61,777 bases of DNA, taken from positions 1 to 61,777 of IMG/VR virus record IMGVR_UViG_3300027779_002131. One strand, written 5' to 3'. The position numbers were made by a program, and so were the translations under genes. The stretch is from a virus (taxonomy: Duplodnaviria; Caudoviricetes). Under the pieces are notes generated by a model. The model saw only the letters and a list, made by a program, of their open reading frames with translations, searched no databases and was not told the origin of the DNA. Positions 1-9,621 of the stretch are shown here, piece by piece; positions within the stretch are counted from its first letter, which is position 1; every line of letters begins with the position of its first letter.

Positions 1-42
1 TTGAGTTAGTATCATTAAGATTATAAGTACAACCATTGTAAT

Positions 43-456
43 TTACTGTAGGCGATCTGCCTTCTTTTTGTCCCAATGTTCTATGGCTTCCTTGATGGAT
101 TCCTCTGCTAACACTGAGCAATGTAATTTAATAGGAGGTAGTTCTAATGCATCAGCAATATCTTTATCTTTAATAAGAGTTGCTTCTTCCATTGTTTTTC
201 CTTTAAGCATTTCTACAAACAGAGTCGAACTTGCAATAGCACTACCGCAACCATATGTTTTAAACTTTACATCTTCGATGACATCTGTATCAGGATTAAT
301 TTTTAGATCTAGTTTCATAACATCACCACATGCTGGAGCGCCAGTCATGCCAGTAGCAACGTTTGGATCAGTAGGATCAAACCTGCCTACGCCGTGAGCT
401 TTAGGATTATTAAGTACTTCCTTAAATCTATTAACTACTTTATCTGAGTATGCCAT
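43..456 (-). CDS. iscU: Fe-S cluster scaffold IscU
   Basis: GAPACGDVM, FKTYGCGSAIAS and LPPIKLHC motifs with the three Cys ligands. Confidence 0.96.
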   Translation of the reverse strand: MAYSDKVVNRFKEVLNNPKAHGVGRFDPTDPNVATGMTGAPACGDVMKLDLKINPDTDVIEDVKFKTYGCGSAIASSTLFVEMLKGKTMEEATLIKDKDIADALELPPIKLHCSVLAEESIKEAIEHWDKKKADRLQ

Positions 457-786
457 TTATTTTCCCTCTGGTTGGTGTGGAGCATCAACGTGTCCATCTA
501 GCTCGTCTTGAAGTTGATCTACTTCTTTTTGTAAATATTCAATGTTTAAATCTTGAACGGCATCATCTGGCAATGCTCCTAATTCACCCCTAGGCCATTT
601 AACTCTAAATTCTTCATTCATTTCAACAGAATCTTGCATTCTGATAACATCAAGTTCAAGTGTAGATATTTTTGCAGTAAGTGTAAAATATACACCTGCT
701 ATAGACAATATAACAGCAATAATACCTATTAGACTCTTGAGATCTAAGGTAATCGCTGTACCTTCGTTTAAAACTTGCTTATTCAT
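457..786 (-). CDS. Hypothetical membrane-anchored coiled-coil protein
   Basis: One hydrophobic helix (LIGIIAVILSIAGVYF) followed by coiled coil; TAAATA 5 nt before the ATG. Confidence 0.7.
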   Translation of the reverse strand: MNKQVLNEGTAITLDLKSLIGIIAVILSIAGVYFTLTAKISTLELDVIRMQDSVEMNEEFRVKWPRGELGALPDDAVQDLNIEYLQKEVDQLQDELDGHVDAPHQPEGK

Positions 787-791
787 AATAC

Positions 792-797
792 TATTTA
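792..797 (-). promoter_or_regulatory. T4-like late promoter (TAAATA-N5-ATG)
   Basis: TAAATA exactly 5 nt upstream of ATG 786. Confidence 0.65.
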
Positions 798-801
798 CCT
801 T

Positions 802-2073
802 TTAATGGGAATTCCATTGAATAGTACTGAAGTCAACGCCATCTTGATACATGTCCCATAATGGTGATAATTCCCTAAGTTGTTCAATAACATGTACCAT
901 TAAAGCGCCAACCTTATCAACTTCTTCTACTGTTGTATGGTGGCTAAAGCTAAAACGTATGCTACTATGGGCTAGTTCATCTGCTCTGCCTAGTGCTCTA
1001 AGTACATAACTAGGCTCTAAACTAGCACTTGTACATGCACTACCACTGCTTACAGCAACATTATCTAATGCCATAATCAAAGACTCACCCTCAACAAAGT
1101 TAAAACTTATGTTAAGTATGTTTGGTACTTTGTGATCTAGTGAACCATTAATGTATGTTTCCTCAATAGTAGTAAGTTTGTTTAACAATCTATCGTGTAA
1201 ACTTGCTATATATTTGTTACGTTCATCCATTTCAAGTTTAGCATACTTAAATGCTTCGCCCATGCCTACAATTTGATGTGTAGGTAATGTACCTGAACGC
1301 ATACCTCTTTCATGGCCGCCGCCATGCATTTGTCCTCTGATTCTTGCACGTGGCTTACGTCTAACATATAATGCACCAACTCCTTTAGGACCGTATGTTT
1401 TGTGTGCTGATAAACTCATTAAGTGTACAGGAAGCTCTGCTAAGTTAATAGCAATTTTACCTGTTGCTTGAGCGGCATCAACATGGAACATTATTTTCTT
1501 TTCAAAGCATAGTTTACCAATGTTTTCGATATCGTTAACAGTACCCATCTCATTGTTAATAAACATAATACTAACTAATATAGTATCATCTCTAATTTCT
1601 TTAGCGACCATGTCAGCAGTAACAATACCGTTTTCGTTTGGATCTAAGTAAGTTACTTCAAACCCATCTCTTTCTAATTCTCTGCACGGATCTAATACTG
1701 CTTTGTGTTCTATCTTACTTGTAATGATATGTTTACCATTAGTTTCATAAAACTGTGCGGCACCTTTAACAGCAAGGTTGTCGGCTTCTGTTGCACCACT
1801 TGTAAATATAATTTCTTTAGGATCAGCACCAATTAAGTCAGCAACATTTTTCCTTGCTTCTTCTACGGCATCATCTGCTGACCAACCAAAACTGTGACTC
1901 CTACTAGCTGGGTTACCAAACTCACCATCCTCAGACATAAATTTAACCATTGTTTCAACTACACGTTTATCACACGGGGTAGTTGATGCGTAATCCATAT
2001 AAATTCTGTTGGCAGACGGTGTTGCGTGAGTGTCAATCGTTGCTGTTATATCTCTGTGGCTTTTATGATCCAT
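802..2073 (-). CDS. iscS: Cysteine desulfurase IscS
   Basis: [19 protein letters not shown] (PLP lysine), SSGSACTS (catalytic Cys) and proteobacterial-type C-terminus SPLWDM. Confidence 0.97.
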   Translation of the reverse strand: MDHKSHRDITATIDTHATPSANRIYMDYASTTPCDKRVVETMVKFMSEDGEFGNPASRSHSFGWSADDAVEEARKNVADLIGADPKEIIFTSGATEADNLAVKGAAQFYETNGKHIITSKIEHKAVLDPCRELERDGFEVTYLDPNENGIVTADMVAKEIRDDTILVSIMFINNEMGTVNDIENIGKLCFEKKIMFHVDAAQATGKIAINLAELPVHLMSLSAHKTYGPKGVGALYVRRKPRARIRGQMHGGGHERGMRSGTLPTHQIVGMGEAFKYAKLEMDERNKYIASLHDRLLNKLTTIEETYINGSLDHKVPNILNISFNFVEGESLIMALDNVAVSSGSACTSASLEPSYVLRALGRADELAHSSIRFSFSHHTTVEEVDKVGALMVHVIEQLRELSPLWDMYQDGVDFSTIQWNSH

Positions 2074-2513
2074 TATGCAAAATCCTTTAACATTTTTTTA
2101 ATTTCTAGTGCGTGTTGTTCTTCTTGTCCAATCTGTCCTCTAGCATACTCTTCTAAGTAAACACTTGAGTCGTGTACTTCTTCTAATAGTAGTTTGTACA
2201 AACTAACTGCATGTAGTTCGTGTTCTAAACTTTCTTGTAGTATTGCTATTATACGATGATCATGTGTTTCGTTAATCTTTGCTATTACTTGACTAGGGTG
2301 TCCATCTAAGCCTGTAATAAGTTCGCCAGCCTGTAAGGCGTGAGCTAAACTCTCATTTGCTTGTTCTTGTAGAAATGCAACGATAGGAAGTCTGTAAGGT
2401 CCTGTAACCATAAGTGAACTGTGAGCATACCTAACAACTCCTGCCATCTCAAATTCCACAATATCATTAAGTATTTTGCATACTGTATTAGTTCTCAATT
2501 CCCTCATTTCCAT
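2073..2513 (-). CDS. Bacterioferritin/ferritin-like protein
   Basis: Ferroxidase pattern E..Y, ESLAH, E, EEQH; TAATG overlap with iscS. Confidence 0.85.
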   Translation of the reverse strand: MEMRELRTNTVCKILNDIVEFEMAGVVRYAHSSLMVTGPYRLPIVAFLQEQANESLAHALQAGELITGLDGHPSQVIAKINETHDHRIIAILQESLEHELHAVSLYKLLLEEVHDSSVYLEEYARGQIGQEEQHALEIKKMLKDFA

Positions 2514-3290
2514 TTATTCTCCGTCATAGTATTCGAGCCGTTCTATATCATCTTCTGATGTTTCTTCACCGTACTGTATCTCTATAATATGACATGGGTC
2601 CTCGCCCTTATTAACTATCTGATGCCATTCGTTAGCTCTAACAGTAAACACATCATCTGTGCTTAATAAGTGATAAACATTCTCATCACTATTACCTGTA
2701 CTATGTTTAACAAAACATGCACCTTTGCTTACAAACCAAATTTCACTACGTTTAAAGTGTCTTTGGTAACTTATACCTTTCCCTGGTTCAATTATAAGCT
2801 CTTTAACACGAACTACATCGTCTTGAAACAAGTCGCTAAACTCACCCCATACTCTGCGTTCGGTAGGATACTGCCATTCCTTGAGTATCCAACTACTGCT
2901 GTTAGCTTTATGTTCTCCGCCAACACCAAATACAAAATCTATCCCTTCAACAACCATTTCTGGAATGTTGTCTTTTGTACGGTCTCCACCATTACAAAAG
3001 ATTATTTCATTGCCTGGACTACTGTATGCCTTTTTAGCTTGTTCTAGTGCTACAATGCAACTTCCATCACTATCATCAAATGCCCAAACATTATCTACCA
3101 TGTCTAGTCTATCAATGATACATGATCTTTCTTCAAAAGACATAAAGGGCCTGCCTTTCTTTTTTATTAACCATTTATCGCTGTTCAATGCAACAACTAG
3201 TTTATCTCCTAGTCGAGCCGCTGATTCTAAATATGCAATATGACCAGAGTGTAGAGGGTCAAATCCACCACTGACAATAATGACTTTCAT
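2514..3290 (-). CDS. Cytidylyltransferase-like domain fused to a mannose-6-phosphate isomerase-type cupin
   Basis: SGGFDPLHSGH, NGGDR and ANSSS, then RVWG...SYQRHFKRSEIW...EIQYG. Confidence 0.88.
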   Translation of the reverse strand: MKVIIVSGGFDPLHSGHIAYLESAARLGDKLVVALNSDKWLIKKKGRPFMSFEERSCIIDRLDMVDNVWAFDDSDGSCIVALEQAKKAYSSPGNEIIFCNGGDRTKDNIPEMVVEGIDFVFGVGGEHKANSSSWILKEWQYPTERRVWGEFSDLFQDDVVRVKELIIEPGKGISYQRHFKRSEIWFVSKGACFVKHSTGNSDENVYHLLSTDDVFTVRANEWHQIVNKGEDPCHIIEIQYGEETSEDDIERLEYYDGE

Positions 3291-3295
3291 CTAGG

Positions 3296-3724
3296 CTAGT
3301 ATAAACCATTTGTTCTTAAATGTCTAGCAACTGCAGACTTCTGGTTTTCATACTTCCTTCGTTTCTTTTTCGATTTTAAATAACCAAATCCTGATATGGA
3401 TTGTAAAGGTACTTCACCAGAGAATATTTTCTTATTTTCTTCTCGTTGGGTTCTCTTTATAGCGGCATCTTTTTGACGCTTACGTTTTTGTGCAGGCTTC
3501 TCATAAAATTCACGCTTTGCTAACTCTTTCTGTCTATCAGCATTTTCTAAAATCTTTTTAAGTTTTCTTAATGCACCGTTAACATCACCATTTCTAACTT
3601 CAACAGTTGCACCTTTAAATTTATCTAAAAATGCTTCTTCTTTCCTGGCAAAAGGTTTTTTATTATTAAACGACTTTTTAAAGTTGTTTCCTGTGTTCTT
3701 TCCCCAATTGTTATTCTTGTTCAT
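3296..3724 (-). CDS. rpsU: Ribosomal protein bS21 with N- and C-terminal extensions
   Basis: VEVRNGDVNGALRKLKK...KREFYEKPAQKRKR core. Confidence 0.88.
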   Translation of the reverse strand: MNKNNNWGKNTGNNFKKSFNNKKPFARKEEAFLDKFKGATVEVRNGDVNGALRKLKKILENADRQKELAKREFYEKPAQKRKRQKDAAIKRTQREENKKIFSGEVPLQSISGFGYLKSKKKRRKYENQKSAVARHLRTNGLY

Positions 3725-4988
3725 TTAGGCCTCTATATATTCTATAGTTGTTATCAATCTCTGTTTGTCCGTTCTCATAATGTAGAATCGGAAAATTATT
3801 CGGTTCTACTGGATATTTATGAAATTGGATCTGTGTTACACCACTTTTCCTGAGTGCTGGTGCTCTAAACATGGTACTTAATAGGGTATTTTCTATTAAT
3901 GCTTTAAGTCCTCTAGCACCTAAGTCTGTCTTACTTGATATCCTTGCTATCTCATTTAAATACTCTGGTTCTATTAATAATTCAATATCGTCCATGTGCA
4001 ATAGCTCTTTATACTGCTCTACTAAGTTGTTTTCTACATCATCGAGAATTAATCTAAGTTCTGCTTCGCCTAATTTATCTAGTACTGCAATAACAGGCAC
4101 TCTACCTACTAGTTCTGGAATTAACCCATAATGTACAATATCTTGAGGAGTTGTTCTTCTAAGTATGTGGTTTCGGTCTGCTGTCGATATTAATTTAGAA
4201 CCAAATCCTATTTGTGTTTTCTTTGTTATATTCTTTGCAACAATTTTATCTAACCCTACAAATGCTCCGCCTAATATAAACAGCACATTAGCAGTATCAA
4301 ATTCAATATGTTCGTCACTATATTTAGCCGAGCCTGCTTTGCTGGATTTAATCTTCACTACAGTACCTTCTATTAGTCTTAATAGGGCCTGTTGCACTCC
4401 TTCTCCACTTACGTCGCGTGTAGAGGTGTTAGATTCGCCCTTACGGGCCTTCTTGTCAATTTCGTCTATGTATATAACACCCTTTTGTGCTGTTTCTATA
4501 TCCCAGTCAGCAATGCTCAACAGACGCTCTAAGACGCTCTCTACGTCTTCTCCAACGTATCCTGCTTCTGTTAGTGTAGTTGCATCAGCAATAGCAAATG
4601 GCACGCCTAATTTTTTTGCAAGAGTTTTAGCAAATAGTGTTTTACCTGTGCCAGTTGGACCAACTAGCAATACATTGGTTTTATCTATGTGGATAGCTGA
4701 TCCACCTAGTATTCGTTTATAGTGATTGTATGCACTGACTGCCAATAACTCTTTTGTATCAGAATGCCCTATTATGTGAAGATCTAAGAAATCTTTAATT
4801 TCTTGTGGACCTGGTAAATCGTCAAACGAAAGGGAAGTATCGGTAGCCGATAAAGTATTAACAACAATATCATAACTCAGCACTATACATTCATTACAAA
4901 TATATACAGATGGTCCAGCAATTAGTTTATCAACGTTGTCTCGGTTTTTCCCACAAAAACTACATTGTAGGTTTTTATTTTCTGCCAT
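3711..4988 (-). CDS. clpX: ClpX AAA+ unfoldase
   Basis: CSFC...CNEC zinc domain, GPTGTGKT, GYVGEDVE, IDEIDK, RDVSGEGVQQ and IGF loop. Confidence 0.97.
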   Translation of the reverse strand: MAENKNLQCSFCGKNRDNVDKLIAGPSVYICNECIVLSYDIVVNTLSATDTSLSFDDLPGPQEIKDFLDLHIIGHSDTKELLAVSAYNHYKRILGGSAIHIDKTNVLLVGPTGTGKTLFAKTLAKKLGVPFAIADATTLTEAGYVGEDVESVLERLLSIADWDIETAQKGVIYIDEIDKKARKGESNTSTRDVSGEGVQQALLRLIEGTVVKIKSSKAGSAKYSDEHIEFDTANVLFILGGAFVGLDKIVAKNITKKTQIGFGSKLISTADRNHILRRTTPQDIVHYGLIPELVGRVPVIAVLDKLGEAELRLILDDVENNLVEQYKELLHMDDIELLIEPEYLNEIARISSKTDLGARGLKALIENTLLSTMFRAPALRKSGVTQIQFHKYPVEPNNFPILHYENGQTEIDNNYRIYRGLNEQE

Positions 4989-5028
4989 ATAATATACGCA
5001 CCTTGTATTTTTTGCTCATGTCTATTAT

Positions 5029-5763
5029 TTACCTTCGCTTACCAGTGTACTTTTTGTTTGTCGGTGACGGTTCATCATTGGTTGGTAGTGGCATTGCCCA
5101 AAAGCCTATTTTTTTTCTAACTTCGTCTTCGGACGCTTTATTTAGCATGTTGAAGATTTGTTTCTCAGTTAAATCTTCTTTGTTCCATTCGCTTTGGGAT
5201 AACAGTCTTGATGCTTCGTGTAAATCTTTTGACGATTCTTTTTCAATAACTTCTGGCGGCCTTTCTACAAACTCAGTTACCGGTACTTCGACTATCTTTT
5301 CTATAATTCTTTCGGGTCCGGGGACTTCGACAATTCGCTCTGGCCCAGGGACTTGGACTTCTTTAGTAACCACGACTTCCTTCTCAATCTCGATCGGTTT
5401 CTCAACAATTTTTTCGACGACCTTTTCAATTTCAACCTCCTTAGTAACTATTATTTCTTTAATAACTTCAACTGGGATCTCAACCTCTACTTCTACTATC
5501 TTCTCAACTTTAACTTCTACTATTTTCTCAACCTCTACTATCTTCTCAACTTCAACCTCTACTATTATTTCTTTAGGTTTTTGCTGTAGAAGCCAATAAG
5601 TTGCGTCCAAGTCTTCTTTTAAAGTTACAATGTTCTTATTAAGTTTTATCTTTTCTTTTTTCCACTGCTCTATTTCGGCAAGTTTATCAACAAGCGTTTC
5701 CATTGTGCTTTGATATTTTGCATATAGTTCGTCGAACTTTTCTTTAACTTCTTGTTCGTTCAT
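5029..5763 (-). CDS. Hypothetical protein with VEKIVE/VPGPERI repeats
   Basis: Low-complexity V/E/K/I/P repeats after an N-terminal coiled coil. Confidence 0.75.
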   Translation of the reverse strand: MNEQEVKEKFDELYAKYQSTMETLVDKLAEIEQWKKEKIKLNKNIVTLKEDLDATYWLLQQKPKEIIVEVEVEKIVEVEKIVEVKVEKIVEVEVEIPVEVIKEIIVTKEVEIEKVVEKIVEKPIEIEKEVVVTKEVQVPGPERIVEVPGPERIIEKIVEVPVTEFVERPPEVIEKESSKDLHEASRLLSQSEWNKEDLTEKQIFNMLNKASEDEVRKKIGFWAMPLPTNDEPSPTNKKYTGKRR

Positions 5764-7234
5764 CGTCTAATTTTTTCTTAAGTTTTTTTTCAAGGACTTT
5801 AATTGCTCTAGGTGTTTTTATTGCATCCATGTTAATTTCTTTTTCTATCTCGACTGGTACTTCCTTTACTACTTCAACTTCTTTAATTACTTCTACTGTT
5901 TTAGGCTTTTTTGCTAGTTGCTTTTCTAAATCAGTTATTCTTTTTTTTTGATTTTTGTCGTCAGGGGTGGCAATAGATGTTGCCATCTGTTTATAAGTAT
6001 CTATTATGTCGTCTTCGGAAGGATTAATTATTTCATCAACAAAATGTGGCTTCGGACCTGTGTCTTCTAGATTAATACCAAATCTTAGGAGTGTTTGGTT
6101 GGCGGCTATAAGTAGCATGATTGCTAATGGATCAAATACAACAACAAGCAATATAATAAATAATCTAATTGCTTGATCTAATACTTGTTCATCACTTGCA
6201 CCGTATACAAGTTCAGCAACATATTTAATAGGACCTATTTCTTTTTCTAAATCCCTTACAACTTGTTGGGCTACAAATCTTTCGTCTTTAATTACAACTA
6301 TACCATCATAAATTGTATCAATTTCTGTGTTGTAATCATCTATCTTTAGTATAGCGTCATCCTGGTTTGCACTACTGCTATCACGCAGTTTGTTAATTTC
6401 TTCGTTTGCATCGTCTATAGTAGTCTGTGCTTGAGCCCTATACCTATTTATGTTTGTTTGTTGCGAGTTTATATCAGTTTGGGAAAGTAAACGTAAACTA
6501 TTTTTCTCGTCTGCAATAGCATCACGTTCTGCTTTTTGTTCTTGCCTTACTTCGTTTGCTTTAGCAACATTGTCTACTACTTCTATTTCGGCACTTCTAA
6601 ATAATCCGCCTGCGTCTGTTTCTGTTGTAGTAGTGCCTTGATCGGCATAACTGTTTACAATGCTGTCCAACGGTATTAGTTTATCATCTTGTGATTTGAG
6701 GTCAATGACTAGTTGATCTCTGATGCTTCGGATTTGTACTTGAGCGTAATCAATATCGCCTTGTACTCTTTCCCATGCACCGTCTCTAATTAGTATTTGC
6801 TGTTGTATGCTTGAGCTAACGTCTAAGCCACCGCCAGTTTGTAAACTAGCAATACGGTCTTCAAGTATACCTATTTTATTTTCTTCTCTTAACACTTGAC
6901 TGTCTAGTCTTTCTACAATAGCAAATGCATCTGAACTGCTACCTGATACTTCTTGGTGTGCTTTACTTAGATAACCAAATATTCCTATGCTGGTTATAAG
7001 CATTAAAAAAATCACAGCAATGCTCAAGTAAGTTTTTACCAGTATAGAAGTTTCTTTCCAGTATCTGTATAACCAACTAACAGTTACAAGTTTGCCTACT
7101 TCAAGTGTTCCTGCCATTATAGCAATAGATAACGCCGCTCCTTGAAAGAACGTCATAAGGCCCACTATACTAAACCATGCGGCAACACCTGCAATGGCTA
7201 AAGCGGTAAACAATGTTAATAGTCCGAATAGCAT
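5744..7234 (-). CDS. Membrane protein with long coiled coil
   Basis: Three N-terminal hydrophobic helices, coiled coil, GPIKYVAE...FDPLAI helix; start moved to 7234 by TAAATA-N5-ATG. Confidence 0.75.
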   Translation of the reverse strand: MLFGLLTLFTALAIAGVAAWFSIVGLMTFFQGAALSIAIMAGTLEVGKLVTVSWLYRYWKETSILVKTYLSIAVIFLMLITSIGIFGYLSKAHQEVSGSSSDAFAIVERLDSQVLREENKIGILEDRIASLQTGGGLDVSSSIQQQILIRDGAWERVQGDIDYAQVQIRSIRDQLVIDLKSQDDKLIPLDSIVNSYADQGTTTTETDAGGLFRSAEIEVVDNVAKANEVRQEQKAERDAIADEKNSLRLLSQTDINSQQTNINRYRAQAQTTIDDANEEINKLRDSSSANQDDAILKIDDYNTEIDTIYDGIVVIKDERFVAQQVVRDLEKEIGPIKYVAELVYGASDEQVLDQAIRLFIILLVVVFDPLAIMLLIAANQTLLRFGINLEDTGPKPHFVDEIINPSEDDIIDTYKQMATSIATPDDKNQKKRITDLEKQLAKKPKTVEVIKEVEVVKEVPVEIEKEINMDAIKTPRAIKVLEKKLKKKLDDERTRS

Positions 7235-7239
7235 ATACA

Positions 7240-7297
7240 TATTTATCGTTTCTTGTAGCCACAAGTCGTTAGAAATAGGATGGGCATCCTATAAATA
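7240..7297. promoter_or_regulatory. Back-to-back divergent late promoters
   Basis: TAAATA at 7240-7245 (-) and TATAAATA at 7290-7297 (+), each 5 nt from an ATG (7234 and 7303). Confidence 0.7.
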
Positions 7298-7302
7298 TGG
7301 GT

Positions 7303-8478
7303 ATGATATACTTAGAAAAGATTTCTACAGAAAGGTCACAAACATACAGCAAACTAAAATATTCATTTAGCGATGCAATGGATCACCCTGGATTAATAGG
7401 TATTTTTTATAATAATCCAGAGTTCGGTGATGAGATTAAAAAACAATGTGATGAAGCAGGCATCGGTTTTGGAAAAATGTTTGGTGCAGATGGTGTAACC
7501 ATTGATGCATTATCAACACTGATGGTAAAAGATTTGTCAAACTATTGGTTTGAGATAAATGCTTATGACTTTATGCAATTAGAATTAAAGCAACGTGAAA
7601 ATTTAATTGACACTTATAATATTATTGTCTATGATTATATCGATGGCGGTTACCATGTAGAGTTATACTTGCCTCTGCATTATTTAAATGACAAAAGGAT
7701 ACTAAACGCCAGTGGTGCATTTGATAAATTTGGAAACGACACATTATGTATACCAGTATTCCCACTTATAACTTATAGTGAAACTGTGAGAACAGGAAAT
7801 GTTGTACCTGAGAGTGTAATAGATTTACCTAAAGACAAACGTTGTTTCTTCCCCAACCATAAACCTAGACCAGGCAGACTGCAAACACTAGCAAGACTGG
7901 CTGAGTTAGATCTACTAGATGAACATTGTGATTGGAGTTTAACAGTAAACTTTGATGAGGACGGACAACTTGGCGATTACTTTAAAAGTCCTAACGTAGG
8001 ACTAGGTAGATATGGACATTCACTTGAACAATCAGAGTCTGTTAAAGACTTTGTAAAGAAATACAAATCAGCTTTACCTAAAGTTCTACCAAACAGCACA
8101 ATAGAATTATTTAAAGATTGTATACCTTTAAACAAACGTTACGCTGGAAAGTACACATGGAAGTTTGCATGTGAAACATATCCGCATATCAAGTTTAACA
8201 CAGAAAAAACTTTTAAAGGAATGATGGCTGGTATACCTGTTTTAACTATTGGTCCTAAGAATTTAAACAAAGGATTAGTTGACGCAGGCTATATAATGGA
8301 ATACACAGAGCTTTACGATCACTTAGAATTTGGTGATGAACGCATTGAAGCAGTAATTGATATTATGGTTTCGAAACAACCTAATATAGAAGCAGTAAGA
8401 CACAATTATAAGTTATCACATGATGTAAAATTCTTAGCAAGTCTCATAGTAAACCCTCTCAAGGAAAAACTGACATAA
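7303..8478 (+). CDS. Hypothetical protein, possible glycosyltransferase-like fold
   Basis: C-terminal CETY...TEKTFK...GIPVLTIG resembles the GT10-like TEK motif. Confidence 0.5.
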   Translation: MIYLEKISTERSQTYSKLKYSFSDAMDHPGLIGIFYNNPEFGDEIKKQCDEAGIGFGKMFGADGVTIDALSTLMVKDLSNYWFEINAYDFMQLELKQRENLIDTYNIIVYDYIDGGYHVELYLPLHYLNDKRILNASGAFDKFGNDTLCIPVFPLITYSETVRTGNVVPESVIDLPKDKRCFFPNHKPRPGRLQTLARLAELDLLDEHCDWSLTVNFDEDGQLGDYFKSPNVGLGRYGHSLEQSESVKDFVKKYKSALPKVLPNSTIELFKDCIPLNKRYAGKYTWKFACETYPHIKFNTEKTFKGMMAGIPVLTIGPKNLNKGLVDAGYIMEYTELYDHLEFGDERIEAVIDIMVSKQPNIEAVRHNYKLSHDVKFLASLIVNPLKEKLT

Positions 8479-8508
8479 AAAAGCCCTACTCGTCAGTAAG
8501 GCTTTCTT
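8477..8508. terminator. Probable bidirectional intrinsic terminator
   Basis: AAAGCC-C-TACT-cgtc-AGTA-A-GGCTTT stem with T-tracts on both strands, between convergent units. Confidence 0.7.
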
Positions 8509-8598
8509 CATTCAACACTTGTTATTTTCTCATTGTTTTTCTCTCTTTAGTATGACAGCATTCATTCGTCAACATGGTCACTGTCGGGACCATTAAAC

Positions 8599-8675
8599 TG
8601 GGGTGAACGACGGGGTTCGAACCCGCGACCTCCGAAACCACAATCCGGGGCTCTACCAACTGAGCTACGTCCACC
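8599..8675 (-). tRNA. tRNA-His(GUG)
   Basis: Cloverleaf with G-1, GTG anticodon, TTCGAA T-loop and encoded CCA. Confidence 0.96.
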
Positions 8676-8677
8676 AT

Positions 8678-8752
8678 TGGCGGTCTGTAAGGGAATCGAA
8701 CCCTTATATCAGGATAGACAATCCCGCATAATAACCATTATATTAACAGACC
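8678..8752 (-). tRNA. tRNA-Asp(GUC)
   Basis: GGTCTGT/ACAGACC acceptor stem, GTC anticodon and encoded CCA. Confidence 0.93.
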
Positions 8753-8760
8753 ATTGAATC

Positions 8761-8835
8761 TGGTACTCCCTGGGAGAGTCGAACTCCCGTTGCCGAGATG
8801 AAAACCCGGTGTCCTAACCACTAGACGAAGGGAGC
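8761..8835 (-). tRNA. tRNA-Glu(UUC)
   Basis: Cloverleaf with TTC anticodon and encoded CCA. Confidence 0.95.
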
Positions 8836-8841
8836 AAGTAA

Positions 8842-9100
8842 GATAGATACGGTACACTTGAGGACTTTACTAGGTGTGGTTTTGATTCTACTCTATTCAC
8901 TTTTATCCTACCTCGTTTACGAAATACCACTCGGGTATCTATCACATGCTACTCTCATGCACTATTTTGACAGTCCAAGTGCGGTTGACTGATTACATTC
9001 TACTCTGATCGGTTTATAGACATTGATCAGTAGTCTAGCAATTTGTTTTTGTTGTTTAAAGTCTGTACAAAACTAGCGTCAGAACGCAAAAATCAGACTA
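8842..9100 (-). ncRNA. Candidate structured ncRNA between queD and the tRNA cluster
   Basis: No ORF in the track; several helices, an H-type pseudoknot and three AGAGUAG repeats. Confidence 0.5.
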
Positions 9101-9109
9101 TAGAAACTA

Positions 9110-9601
9110 TTATGGGTGTGGAATAAATCTCGTTTTTACATGATCATTAAGTTCTACGGTAGCACTATTATGTTCATGCTCCCTAACTGTAACTTTCTGT
9201 ACCCAACACCTTTTACCATATTGTTCTTCAATGATGTCTTGAGCTTTATCAAACACTAGTTCTGCAAATCTTTCACATCCTACTGCTGGTACTACTCTAA
9301 TATCAATTAAGCCTTTAGCTTGTAACATTTCAATTGTTTCCATTTCTGGATCATCTTCTGCTACTAAGTAAGTATGATCAAACATTAGTTTTAACCATTC
9401 TTTAAGTGGCTTTAGTCCACCAAAGTCTACTACCCAATTTCTGTCATCCAATCCTTCACTGCCGAATTGTAACTCAAATTGTAATGCATAACCGTGTATT
9501 AAGTTGCAATGACTATCTGCTCGCCATTGCCTAAATGCACAACTATGTCCAGTAGAATGACTGTAAGTCTTCCCACTATAAAATCTCTTATTCATTAACA
9601 T
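9110..9601 (-). CDS. queD: 6-carboxy-tetrahydropterin synthase (QueD/PTPS family)
   Basis: HCNLIHGY, VVDFGGLK, FDH, CERFAE and REHEHNSA. Confidence 0.9.
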   Translation of the reverse strand: MLMNKRFYSGKTYSHSTGHSCAFRQWRADSHCNLIHGYALQFELQFGSEGLDDRNWVVDFGGLKPLKEWLKLMFDHTYLVAEDDPEMETIEMLQAKGLIDIRVVPAVGCERFAELVFDKAQDIIEEQYGKRCWVQKVTVREHEHNSATVELNDHVKTRFIPHP

Positions 9602-9621
9602 ACCTCGACTGTTTAAAATTT

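Noticed and set aside
1-4988. Reading the window as a bacterial chromosome (iscSU, clpX, rpsU)
   Set aside because: These genes lack their cellular operon context (no iscR/iscA/hscBA, tig/clpP/lon, dnaG or rpmB) and share promoters with PAAR, tail and other phage genes
5300-5575. Tandem DNA repeats as a CRISPR array or origin iterons
   Set aside because: They are degenerate in-frame codon repeats without unique spacers; no CRISPR array was seen in the window
9031-9100. TAGTCT and AGACTA as group I intron P7 elements, or the region as tmRNA or RNase P RNA
   Set aside because: The element order is reversed on both strands, no gene is interrupted, and there are no tRNA-like ends, tag frame or RNase P consensus
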